Part shown: piece after piece, positions 30,434-38,852 of the stretch | How positions within the stretch are numbered: the stretch's first letter is position 1 | Layout of the letters: each line of letters starts with the position of its first letter | Virus record (IMG/VR): IMGVR_UViG_3300010885_003339 | DNA: 55,550 bases | Direction: 5' to 3' (one strand) | Source: an uncultured virus (IMG/VR IMGVR_UViG_3300010885_003339) | Taxonomy: Duplodnaviria > Heunggongvirae > Uroviricota > Caudoviricetes | Program-made: the position numbers and the translations under genes | The notes under the pieces: generated by a model | The model's database searches: none | The model's input: the letters and a program-made list of their open reading frames with translations, nothing else | Told to the model about the DNA's origin: nothing

Positions 30434-31272
30434 GTAACATCAAGAAGTTCAGCAAGTTCATGAAAGAAGATTTGACTGGTGCGTTAGTAGAGCCGCAGTC
30501 AAACTCATCTGCTGAAGCTAAGAAGATGGGCCTTACATATGTAGGATTTGGTCGTTATACTGACAACACAGGTCAAGTTACTCATATTGTGCAGAATGAT
30601 AATTTGATTCCTTTCTCTAAAGCGGTTAAGACCAATTCGTTTAAGCAACTCAGTGGTGATGATTATGGTTCATATGCACAGTCTATGCAACCACAAATCA
30701 ATCAGACACACCAAGATATGACAAGTTCATATCCACCAGAGAATTTTTCTAACGACGAGTTAGATGCTATCAAGGCATACACTCAGGGTTCATATTATGA
30801 TATCAATGAAAAACTAGCAACACTACCTACAGGTGTGGCTTCAAATAAGATTCAGCCAGAGTTTGATGGTGATAACAGACCTCAAATGATTGCATCTCTA
30901 GACTCAGCATTGAGTAAGAGCCAAACACCAGTAGATATGCTACTATACGCAGGTCTCAGCCAAGACTATGATCCTCTGAGTCTTAGTGCTGGTAAAAAGT
31001 TTACGTTTAAAGGATTTCGTTCAGCAACACTAGACCCAACAGTCGTTCTGAACGGCGATAGCAAGATGGTAATGCAGATTAGAGTTACAGCAGGTTCAAA
31101 CGGAATGTATCTAGATGACTACTCCGCTGTTCCTGGTGAAAAAGAGTTTCTACTACCTAGAGGTTCACAGATAAAAGTTATTAGTGGACCTAACAAGATG
31201 GTTGGTAGTAATGCTACAACACAGGACTCTAGTAAACAAATTGCATACTATGATTGCCAATTGGTAAAGTGA
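30430..31272 (+). CDS. VIP2/Alt-like ADP-ribosyltransferase domain protein
   Basis: AIKAYT..YYDINEKL, LDSAL, LYAG, KGFRSATLD, GEKEFLLPRGS; N-terminal KKFSKFMKE. Confidence 0.75.
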   Translation: MSNIKKFSKFMKEDLTGALVEPQSNSSAEAKKMGLTYVGFGRYTDNTGQVTHIVQNDNLIPFSKAVKTNSFKQLSGDDYGSYAQSMQPQINQTHQDMTSSYPPENFSNDELDAIKAYTQGSYYDINEKLATLPTGVASNKIQPEFDGDNRPQMIASLDSALSKSQTPVDMLLYAGLSQDYDPLSLSAGKKFTFKGFRSATLDPTVVLNGDSKMVMQIRVTAGSNGMYLDDYSAVPGEKEFLLPRGSQIKVISGPNKMVGSNATTQDSSKQIAYYDCQLVK

Positions 31273-31280
31273 TATAAATA
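31273..31280 (+). promoter_or_regulatory. T4-type late promoter TATAAATA
   Basis: Exact consensus, intergenic, upstream of GGAGG SD and ATG 31298. Confidence 0.8.
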
Positions 31281-31297
31281 TCTAATCGGAGGATGAA

Positions 31298-31447
31298 ATG
31301 CATATTAAAGAAGCACTCAAGAACATTCTAGACAAAAAGCTAGATACGATGAAAGAAAACTTCAATGCCGCTTTGACCAGTAAGGCTGTTCAAAAACTCG
31401 AAGAAAAGAAGATCGAGATTGCACAGACTTACTTTGGAAAGAAGTAA
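31298..31447 (+). CDS. Small prohead core protein, gp67-like (absent from the ORF track)
   Basis: 49 aa MHIKEALKNILDKKLDTMKENFNAALTSKAVQKLEEKKIEIAQTYFGKK; GGAGG SD; lies between gp20 and gp21. Confidence 0.7.
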   Translation: MHIKEALKNILDKKLDTMKENFNAALTSKAVQKLEEKKIEIAQTYFGKK

Positions 31448-31450
31448 GCC

Positions 31451-33289
31451 ATGAAGAAGGTCGGGCAAATCAGAGAAAACTATAACATCTTGACAGAAAA
31501 AGATGATGCGGAGATGCGTAAACTCACATCTCTAGTTCGCGCTGGTTTGTTCGATGCGAAGAAACTACCGATGCTCAAAAGAGCATTGAACAAAGACCCT
31601 AAAGATATGACACCTGCTGAACGCAAGATACTCATTGAACTACTCGACAGTTTGATGGGTGAGGTTCTTGGTTCTCAGCAGGTCTATCAGAAGGTCAGAC
31701 AAGATGTAATGAAGGAAGAACTTAGTGAAGCTAAGACTTCTGACGGCTATCTATCGAAGTATGATCCACGCTATGATAAGATGCCTAGTGAAAAACAAAT
31801 TCCTACTATCATCATTCTAAAGCGTAAAGCCATTCGTATCTATCCAGATAATCAGAAGGTGGCTCTATACTACTCTCAGGCCCTCGACAAGTATGTGACT
31901 ATTCCTTTTGGTACCTTTGATGGCAGTAGTTCGATGAATGAAGAAGTCGAATACTTCTCAGAGTCTCGTGCTGTAGAGTTAATGCCTGCAAGAGAGAGAT
32001 TCAAGGCGAAGAGAAAATTACAGATTGATGAATTTTATCAGGCAGCAGCACCTATAGTTGCGCCAGTAATAGGTGCCGTAGCTAGAACAGCCAGACCAAT
32101 TCTTGGTCGTTTACTCGGTGGTGCAATGGCAGGTAAAATCGCTAGTGATGCGACAGAAGGTTCATCAGACACCAAATCTAAAATAACTAGTATGCTTTTG
32201 AAGAAAGATGCTGAAAAAAAGAGCGAATCTGATAGAGAATCACAAAAAGCCAAATCTTTTTCTTTTTTACCTAAAGAGAAGCCTACTGAAGCTCCACCGG
32301 CACAACCTGAACCTTCGAAACCAGTAAAACCTGTTACAGTTCCAGATAAACCGGCTAATGATCCAGGTCATGACCCAGCCAAGAAACCTGATTTCAAACC
32401 TTTTAAACCTTTAAGACCGGTTAGGGTTCCAAAACCGGCTAATGATCCAAAACAACCCGATAAAGCTCCGGATAAACCTGCTCCTGTAGAAACGCCGGCT
32501 CCAGCACCGGCTCCTGTTATACCGGCTCCAGCTCCAGTTACACCGGCTCCTGTTATACCGGCTCCAGCTCCAGTTACACCGGCTCCTGTTACGGCTCCTG
32601 TTACGGCTCCTGTTACGGCTCCTGTTACGGCTCCTGGCACTAAAACTGATACAAAAACTCAAACTGATACAAAAACTAAGACAGATACTAAAACTAAGAC
32701 AGATACTAAAACATCTAGTCGTCAACCGTGGCGCGAAAGACTTAAACCTTTATTGCCACCATTCTCTTTACCAGATGTTAACATCGATAAAGGTTTAAGA
32801 GATCCTGCTAAGTTCTCATTAGCCGCACACATTAGCAAACCAAAAGGTGATGTTAGAACCGGTGTGCAGCAGCGTGATAATAACATGTTTAGAAAAAGTC
32901 TACAGAACGAAGAAACACCTGCGGCGCCTGCGATCATATATAAGAAAAGAGTTGACCCCGCTAAATTCGGTAACATTAGAGTTTCAACTAATAGACCATC
33001 CGGTAACACAGACGTTAGAACTGGTGTATCAGCCAGAGATGCTATGATGTATAGAAGATCGCTTCAGCAGAATGAAGGTATTCTAACTAAACTAAAGAAT
33101 GTAACCGAAAATAAAAACTTACATCTTACTTTAGGTGATGATTCAGTTATTATAAATAAAACAGTAGCTAATAAAATATTGACAGTTTATGAATCTGTCA
33201 GCAAAGAAAACAAAAAGAAGATTGAAGATATGCTGAATGAGAGCGTTGATTCGGTCAAGAAGATCATAAACTTCGTAGCAAGGCAGTAA
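31451..33289 (+). CDS. Large head-region protein with Pro/Thr/Lys low-complexity insert
   Basis: ILKRKAIRIYPDNQKVALYYS..LDKYVTIPF block and gp67/68-like C-terminus; lies in the prohead operon. Confidence 0.6.
   Translation: MKKVGQIRENYNILTEKDDAEMRKLTSLVRAGLFDAKKLPMLKRALNKDPKDMTPAERKILIELLDSLMGEVLGSQQVYQKVRQDVMKEELSEAKTSDGYLSKYDPRYDKMPSEKQIPTIIILKRKAIRIYPDNQKVALYYSQALDKYVTIPFGTFDGSSSMNEEVEYFSESRAVELMPARERFKAKRKLQIDEFYQAAAPIVAPVIGAVARTARPILGRLLGGAMAGKIASDATEGSSDTKSKITSMLLKKDAEKKSESDRESQKAKSFSFLPKEKPTEAPPAQPEPSKPVKPVTVPDKPANDPGHDPAKKPDFKPFKPLRPVRVPKPANDPKQPDKAPDKPAPVETPAPAPAPVIPAPAPVTPAPVIPAPAPVTPAPVTAPVTAPVTAPVTAPGTKTDTKTQTDTKTKTDTKTKTDTKTSSRQPWRERLKPLLPPFSLPDVNIDKGLRDPAKFSLAAHISKPKGDVRTGVQQRDNNMFRKSLQNEETPAAPAIIYKKRVDPAKFGNIRVSTNRPSGNTDVRTGVSARDAMMYRRSLQQNEGILTKLKNVTENKNLHLTLGDDSVIINKTVANKILTVYESVSKENKKKIEDMLNESVDSVKKIINFVARQ
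32505..32712 (+). repeat. In-frame tandem repeat cluster
   Basis: 36-bp unit x2 (32505-32576), GGCTCCTGTTAC x4 (32581-32628), imperfect 18-bp TKTDTK units x4 (~32639-32712). Confidence 0.85.
33151..33158 (+). promoter_or_regulatory. Late promoter TATAAATA embedded in coding sequence
   Basis: Exact consensus ~135 nt upstream of ORF 33293. Confidence 0.55.
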
Positions 33290-33292
33290 GAA

Positions 33293-33808
33293 ATGGCAAA
33301 CATAGTAAACTCACAAATTCTTGTAGATACCAGCAAGAGAACTCTAATTAGATATAGTATTGTTTCAGATGGAACTGCGGCCAATAACAGTAATGCAACT
33401 CTATTGAATGCTTCTTCTTTGAAAGGCGCACTCAATACCAACGGTTACATTATGACCAGCAATACGGATCCAAAATCTAACTATAGACTATCAATCAAGA
33501 GAGTTTTCGGCGCATCACATGCTGGTGGTTTCTTCAGAATCAAGTGGCAGAGCGATTCTAATAATGATATCATGATTTTCCCACGAGGCCCCTTTGACTA
33601 TAACTTCGAAAGTATGGGTGATGGTGCTGTAATTCCTCAACCAATAAATGAAGCTAATGTCAATGGTAATATTCTGTATGGTGCGGTTAGTGGTGCAGCA
33701 AATGATGGTTTAACAATCTTTCTTGATCTTCGTAAAGATGCTAGAGACTATGATGCGGGCCAGACAGCGGATCCTGTAGCATTCAACAGAGGCAGAGCGG
33801 CTCTATAA
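33293..33808 (+). CDS. Hypothetical head-region protein
   Basis: 171-aa ORF in the prohead operon; LRKD..DYDAGQTADP.AFN C-terminus. Confidence 0.6.
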   Translation: MANIVNSQILVDTSKRTLIRYSIVSDGTAANNSNATLLNASSLKGALNTNGYIMTSNTDPKSNYRLSIKRVFGASHAGGFFRIKWQSDSNNDIMIFPRGPFDYNFESMGDGAVIPQPINEANVNGNILYGAVSGAANDGLTIFLDLRKDARDYDAGQTADPVAFNRGRAAL

Positions 33809-34434
33809 TGAAACAGTTAGTAGAAAAAATCACATCTAAAGATTTTGATCAGGCTAATGATCTTCTCTCAGAAGAATTGAAAATCATTCTCGAACGCAAG
33901 ATGTTTGAGATGAAGAAAATGGTTGCGGCTCGTATGGAACAGAATGCACATGATGTGCGTATGAAACGCCTTCGTATGGATGTTCTTGAAGAAGATGATG
34001 ATGAATCTTCTGGTGATGAAAGTTCCATGGCCCGTTCAGAACTAACCGCCATCGCAAAAGATGCTAAGACCATTATGTCTAAGATAAAAGGCAATAAAGA
34101 ACTTGAAGCTTGGACACAATCTAAGATAACAAAATCGGCCGATTATATGAATGCTGTTGCCGATTATATGGAAGGTGATGATAAGCTTGATGAGGCTCGT
34201 ATCGCTATCATCAAGGCTCGTATTCGCGGCGGTAAGATTCAGCGCCGTAAAAAAGTATCTCTTGTTCCTGGAATGACATTACGCGGTGGTAAACTCACTC
34301 GTATGTCACCAGCAGAACGTAGAGCCCGCAAGATGGGTGCCAGAAAAGGTGCTCGTAAATCAAGACAGAAGCAATCTCAGTCATTGCGTAAAAGAAGGCT
34401 CTCTCTTATGAAGAGAAAGAGATTGGGAATCTAA
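33808..34434 (+). CDS. Prohead core protein, gp68-like
   Basis: Very basic C-terminus (RMSPAERRARKMG..RKRRLSLMKRKRLGI) immediately before gp21. Confidence 0.65.
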   Translation: MKQLVEKITSKDFDQANDLLSEELKIILERKMFEMKKMVAARMEQNAHDVRMKRLRMDVLEEDDDESSGDESSMARSELTAIAKDAKTIMSKIKGNKELEAWTQSKITKSADYMNAVADYMEGDDKLDEARIAIIKARIRGGKIQRRKKVSLVPGMTLRGGKLTRMSPAERRARKMGARKGARKSRQKQSQSLRKRRLSLMKRKRLGI

Positions 34435-34435
34435 G

Positions 34436-35083
34436 ATGAAACTTATTTCAGAAGAAGTATTAAACGTAAGATACCTTGTTGAAGATAATGGTAAAGGCGG
34501 AAAAGACCACTTTATCGAAGGTATCTTTATGCAGGCTGAACGCAAGAACCGTAATGGTCGTGTTTATCCACACCAAATTCTTTCAAAAGAAGTTGAAAGA
34601 TACAATCGTGATTATGTCAGTAAGAACAGAGCATTTGGTGAACTCGGTCATCCAGACTCACCAACAATCAATCTAGATCGTGTATCACACATGATTACAA
34701 GCTTATCACCAGATGGTAACAACTTCATGGGTAAAGCTAAGATAATGGATACTCCAAACGGTAAAATTGTGAAGAGTTTATTAGACGGCGGAGCCAGTCT
34801 AGGCGTATCAACCAGAGGCGTAGGGTCTCTGAAGCCATCAAACGGGTTTCAACTCGTTCAAGACGATTTTCACTTAGCTACAGCGGCAGACATTGTAGCA
34901 GACCCATCAGCACCAGATGCTTTCGTAAGAGGTATCATGGAGAATGCTGAATGGATTCTCGTTAACGGTAAATGGACTCAGCAACATCTCGAACATGCTA
35001 AGAAGTTAATCACTGAAGCTAATCGAAATGATGTTGAAGCTGTAGCACTGAAAGTTTTTCATAATTTTATCTCGAAACTCTAA
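34436..35083 (+). CDS. gp21: Prohead protease
   Basis: IEGIFMQAE.KNRNGRVYP, GELGHP, GVSTRGVGSL, DIVADPSAPDAFV. Confidence 0.96.
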   Translation: MKLISEEVLNVRYLVEDNGKGGKDHFIEGIFMQAERKNRNGRVYPHQILSKEVERYNRDYVSKNRAFGELGHPDSPTINLDRVSHMITSLSPDGNNFMGKAKIMDTPNGKIVKSLLDGGASLGVSTRGVGSLKPSNGFQLVQDDFHLATAADIVADPSAPDAFVRGIMENAEWILVNGKWTQQHLEHAKKLITEANRNDVEAVALKVFHNFISKL

Positions 35084-35087
35084 GTTA

Positions 35088-35095
35088 TATAAATA
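35088..35095 (+). promoter_or_regulatory. T4-type late promoter TATAAATA
   Basis: Exact consensus before gp22. Confidence 0.85.
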
Positions 35096-35120
35096 ATAAA
35101 AGGAAAAGGAGTATTCTACT

Positions 35121-36356
35121 ATGAGCAAGTCTCTTACAGATGTAGCAAAACAGATCCTTGCCGAGTCAAATGATTCTGCACCAGATCGTGATGCTAATAG
35201 CACTACACCACTTAAATCATCTCTACGCCCTAACGCAAAGGCTGTAGAAGGTCGATTTGCAAATCCAGGCGCAATGGTCGCAACTCAAGGCGCAGCCTTG
35301 CTTGACACCGCACCTACAACAGTTCCTGGTGCAACCACTAAGAAAGATACCTCAGCCTCTTCGCAATCACGCAGAGGTGTTGGCAAGGCGGATGATAAAC
35401 CTGTTAAGAACAAAGATTCTGCTGAAATCATGGAAGATGATGATTCATATGCTGGTTCTGAAGTAATGGAAGAAGATTATGAAATTTCTGAAGAACTAGA
35501 AGCTTTCATCGCTGAAAAGATGGAAGAAGGTCTTTCAGAAGAAGAAATTGCTGAAGCCATTGACGAAAACTTCGAACTCGTTTCAGAAGAAGTAGTTGAA
35601 GAAGAATCCACAGAATACACAGTAGACATGTCTGAACATGTTGAAGCACTTCTTGCTGGTGAAGAACTCTCAGAAGAATTTAAAGAAAAAGCTAAGACAA
35701 TCTTCGAAGCGGCTGTTAAGTCGAAAGTAGAAGAAGAAATTGCTCGTATCGAAGAAGCCTATGCTGAAACTCTCGATGAGCAAGTAGCACAGATTCAAGA
35801 AGAACTATCTTCAAACGTTGATGATTACCTGAACTATGTTGTTGAACAGTGGGTATCAGAAAACGAAGTTGCTATCGAAGCTGGCCTCCGTTCTGAATTG
35901 ACAGAAGAATTTATCTCTGGTCTCCGTAACCTGTTCTCTGAACATTACATTGACATTCCAGAAGAAAAGATTTCTGTTATCGAAGAAATGTCAGAAAAAG
36001 TTGCTGAACTTGAAGAAAAACTCAATGAAGAAATTGAACGTAATGTCAATATGACAAAGGCTATCAATGAATCAAAACAGTATGAAATTCTTGTTGATGC
36101 CTGTGAAGGTCTCACAGATACTCAGGCTGAAAAGATGAAGTCTTTGGCTGAAGGCATCAATTTCAATTCTGCCGCCGAATTTGCCCAGAAGATCAATATC
36201 ATCAAAGAAAACTATTTCATCTCAAATGTTAAGTCTGAGAATGTTCTCGACAATAATGAGATTGCCAATGATGGTAGAATGATTTCTGAAGAACTCAACG
36301 GTCCAATGGCTGCTTATGTCAAAACACTTGGTCGTCAAGTTCCTAAGTCAAAATAA
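35121..36356 (+). CDS. gp22: Prohead core scaffold protein
   Basis: Acidic coiled-coil, LSEEFKEKAKTIFEAAV, VDDYLNYVVEQW..ENEVAIE.GLR; lies between gp21 and gp23. Confidence 0.92.
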   Translation: MSKSLTDVAKQILAESNDSAPDRDANSTTPLKSSLRPNAKAVEGRFANPGAMVATQGAALLDTAPTTVPGATTKKDTSASSQSRRGVGKADDKPVKNKDSAEIMEDDDSYAGSEVMEEDYEISEELEAFIAEKMEEGLSEEEIAEAIDENFELVSEEVVEEESTEYTVDMSEHVEALLAGEELSEEFKEKAKTIFEAAVKSKVEEEIARIEEAYAETLDEQVAQIQEELSSNVDDYLNYVVEQWVSENEVAIEAGLRSELTEEFISGLRNLFSEHYIDIPEEKISVIEEMSEKVAELEEKLNEEIERNVNMTKAINESKQYEILVDACEGLTDTQAEKMKSLAEGINFNSAAEFAQKINIIKENYFISNVKSENVLDNNEIANDGRMISEELNGPMAAYVKTLGRQVPKSK

Positions 36357-36363
36357 AGTTTCT

Positions 36364-36371
36364 TATAAATA
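36364..36371 (+). promoter_or_regulatory. T4-type late promoter TATAAATA
   Basis: Exact consensus before gp23. Confidence 0.85.
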
Positions 36372-36413
36372 ACCAATACGAATATCGTAAGATTTCAAAA
36401 GGAGAATACTAAA

Positions 36414-37742
36414 ATGTATCTTACAGAACACCTAGAAAGTAAATGGGCTCCGGTCCTTGACCATGACGGTCTGAATCCAATTAAGGATCAGTATCGTCGT
36501 GCTGTTACAGCAATGGTTCTTGAAAACCAAGAAAAAGCCATGGCTGAAGAATCTCGCCAGCTAAACGAAACCGCACCAACAAACAACTACGGCGGTGGTA
36601 ATATTGGTTCATACGATCCAATCTTGATCTCCCTAGTTCGTCGTGCGCTTCCAAACCTACTCGCATACGATATCTGCGGCGTTCAGCCAATGACAGGCCC
36701 AACCGGCCTGATCTTCGCAATGCGTTCACGCTATGCTTCACAGACAGGCACAGAAGCTCTCTTCAACGAAGCTAACACTGCCTTCACAGGTACCAATGCT
36801 GCCGGCGCTAACGGTAACGTTCGAGGATCATTTGCCAACACAAACCCTGTATATGATACATCTGCGGCCGCGGTATATGGTGTTGGTGCCGGTATGACAA
36901 CCGCTCAGTCTGAAGCTCTTGGTGACGTTTCAACAAACATGTTTGCTGAAATGGCGTTCTCAATCGACAAAGTTACCGTTACTGCAAAGTCACGCGCTTT
37001 GAAGGCTGAATACACCATGGAACTTGCACAGGACTTGAAGGCTGTTCATGGTCTTGACGCTGAGACAGAACTTGCTAACATCTTGTCAACAGAAATCCTT
37101 GCTGAAATCAACCGTGAAGTTGTTCGTTCTATCTATCGTTCAGCTACAGTTGGCGCTCAGTATGGTGTTACAACTGCTGGTACTTTCGATCTTGACACCG
37201 ATTCAAACGGCCGTTGGTCAGTTGAAAAGTTCAAAGGTCTTGTGTTCCAGATCGAACGCGATGCTAATGCGATTGCTCGTGCAACTCGTAGAGGTAAGGG
37301 CAACATCATCATCGTTTCTTCAGACGTTGCGTCTGCTCTTGCGATGGCCGGTGTTCTTGACTACACCCCTGCTCTTCAGGTTAACCTGAATGTTGATGAT
37401 ACTGGCAACACCTTCGCTGGTACTCTTCATGGTCGTATTAAAGTCTACATCGATCCTTACTTCGGTGGTTCTGCAAACGGCGACGAACTCTGCACCGTCG
37501 GTTACAAAGGTACTTCACCTTATGACGCCGGTTTGTTCTACTGCCCATACGTTCCACTTCAGATGGTTCGCGCTATCGGTCAAGACAGCTTCCAGCCAAA
37601 GATCGGCTTTAAGACTCGTTACGGCATGGTTGCTAACCCATTCGCTACCGTTGCCGGCGACGGTCAGGTTGCTGACCGCACTACAAATGCTAACAATGCG
37701 AACATCTACTATCGCATTTTCCGCATTCGTAACCTTACATAA
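36414..37742 (+). CDS. gp23: Major capsid protein
   Basis: GVQPMTGPTGLIFAMRSRY, KSRALKAEYTMELAQDLKAVHGLDAE, YCPYVPLQM, PKIGFKTRYG. Confidence 0.98.
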   Translation: MYLTEHLESKWAPVLDHDGLNPIKDQYRRAVTAMVLENQEKAMAEESRQLNETAPTNNYGGGNIGSYDPILISLVRRALPNLLAYDICGVQPMTGPTGLIFAMRSRYASQTGTEALFNEANTAFTGTNAAGANGNVRGSFANTNPVYDTSAAAVYGVGAGMTTAQSEALGDVSTNMFAEMAFSIDKVTVTAKSRALKAEYTMELAQDLKAVHGLDAETELANILSTEILAEINREVVRSIYRSATVGAQYGVTTAGTFDLDTDSNGRWSVEKFKGLVFQIERDANAIARATRRGKGNIIIVSSDVASALAMAGVLDYTPALQVNLNVDDTGNTFAGTLHGRIKVYIDPYFGGSANGDELCTVGYKGTSPYDAGLFYCPYVPLQMVRAIGQDSFQPKIGFKTRYGMVANPFATVAGDGQVADRTTNANNANIYYRIFRIRNLT

Positions 37743-37770
37743 TCAGAATAAGATTATTCGAAAACAAACT

Positions 37771-37798
37771 GGGCGGGGGAAACCTCGCCCTTTTTTTT
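37771..37798 (+). terminator. Intrinsic terminator after gp23
   Basis: GGGCGGGG-GAAA-CCTCGCCC followed by T8. Confidence 0.9.
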
Positions 37799-37799
37799 A

Positions 37800-37807
37800 T
37801 ATAAATA
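37800..37807 (+). promoter_or_regulatory. T4-type late promoter TATAAATA
   Basis: Exact consensus immediately after the terminator, before ORF 37826. Confidence 0.8.
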
Positions 37808-37825
37808 TGTGAAAGAGGATCTTTC

Positions 37826-38344
37826 ATGGCCACTACATCAGTTATCAATACAATACCTGAGAATACCAGCATTCTTCAATCGACAAAGTTTACCTTTGTT
37901 ATTCCAGATTTGTCTTTTGCCAGATATTTCTGTCAGACGGTAAGTTTGCCTGGAGTATCCACTTCTGAAGTTGCTGTTGTTTCACCTTTCTCTAATACAT
38001 ACAGACATGGTGATAAGCTGGTCTATGATCCATTCACAATCAATGCTATCGTTGATGAAGAACTCCGTGTATGGGAAGAAACCTATAAGTGGCTCTTATC
38101 GATTACAAAACCAGAATCATATGCTCAATATGGCCTATACAATGGTTCACCTAGAAATGCCTACTATGATGGCATCTTAACAATCAATACCAATGCCAAC
38201 AATCCAAACATCCGCATCAAGTTTAAGAATTGTCACCCGACAGCATTAGGTGCTATTCAGTTTAACACAGCTATCAATGCCGATACGATCCCGACAGCAG
38301 ATATTAGCTTTAGATACGATAGTTTCGATATAGAACGTCTTTGA
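37826..38344 (+). CDS. gp3: Tail tube terminator / tail completion protein
   Basis: YFCQTVSLPG, GDKLVYD..I..IVDEEL..W, F.N..PT.LG.IQF; position after gp23 as in aquatic T4-like phages. Confidence 0.85.
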   Translation: MATTSVINTIPENTSILQSTKFTFVIPDLSFARYFCQTVSLPGVSTSEVAVVSPFSNTYRHGDKLVYDPFTINAIVDEELRVWEETYKWLLSITKPESYAQYGLYNGSPRNAYYDGILTINTNANNPNIRIKFKNCHPTALGAIQFNTAINADTIPTADISFRYDSFDIERL

Positions 38345-38347
38345 TGG

Positions 38348-38376
38348 TTGCCAAACTCTAAAGTTTCCTCTATAAT
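38348..38376 (+). promoter_or_regulatory. sigma70-like promoter (uvsY operon)
   Basis: TTGCCA-N17-TATAAT. Confidence 0.7.
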
Positions 38377-38402
38377 TGGATACATTTTAGATATGAGGTA
38401 AC

Positions 38403-38852
38403 ATGAAACCGCCAGTCAGTATAGATGATCTAATGGAAATGTGGAGCACCGACTCGAAGGTCGATGAGACTGAACCTTCTCGTGAGTTGGCTAAGGTATC
38501 TTCACTACATGCAAAATATCTCCGTATTCTAACTCACCACAACCTCATCGTTAAGAAAATCAACATAGATTATGTAAAGATGAAGCGTGTCAAGTGGGAA
38601 TACTACAATGGTGACTTGAACAATCCAGAAGATTTGGAAACCTACAATCTTCAACCACTGCTCAAAAAGATCATACGGCAAGACATACCTATATACTTAG
38701 ACTCAGACAACGATCTAAACAATCTGCTCATGCGAAAGGTTCTACACCAAGAGATTGTTGATTTCTGTGCTTCAGTTTTGAAAGAGATCAACAACCGCAC
38801 TTGGCAGTTGAGATCATTTATAGAATGGGAAAAGTATACAAGTGGTGGATAA
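38403..38852 (+). CDS. uvsY: Recombination mediator
   Basis: W..DS..D, LHAKYL, KWEYYNG, I..R.WQLRSFIEW.K. Confidence 0.9.
   Translation: MKPPVSIDDLMEMWSTDSKVDETEPSRELAKVSSLHAKYLRILTHHNLIVKKINIDYVKMKRVKWEYYNGDLNNPEDLETYNLQPLLKKIIRQDIPIYLDSDNDLNNLLMRKVLHQEIVDFCASVLKEINNRTWQLRSFIEWEKYTSGG

Noticed and set aside
32505..32712. CRISPR-like array
   Set aside because: Units are contiguous in-frame coding repeats with no unique spacers
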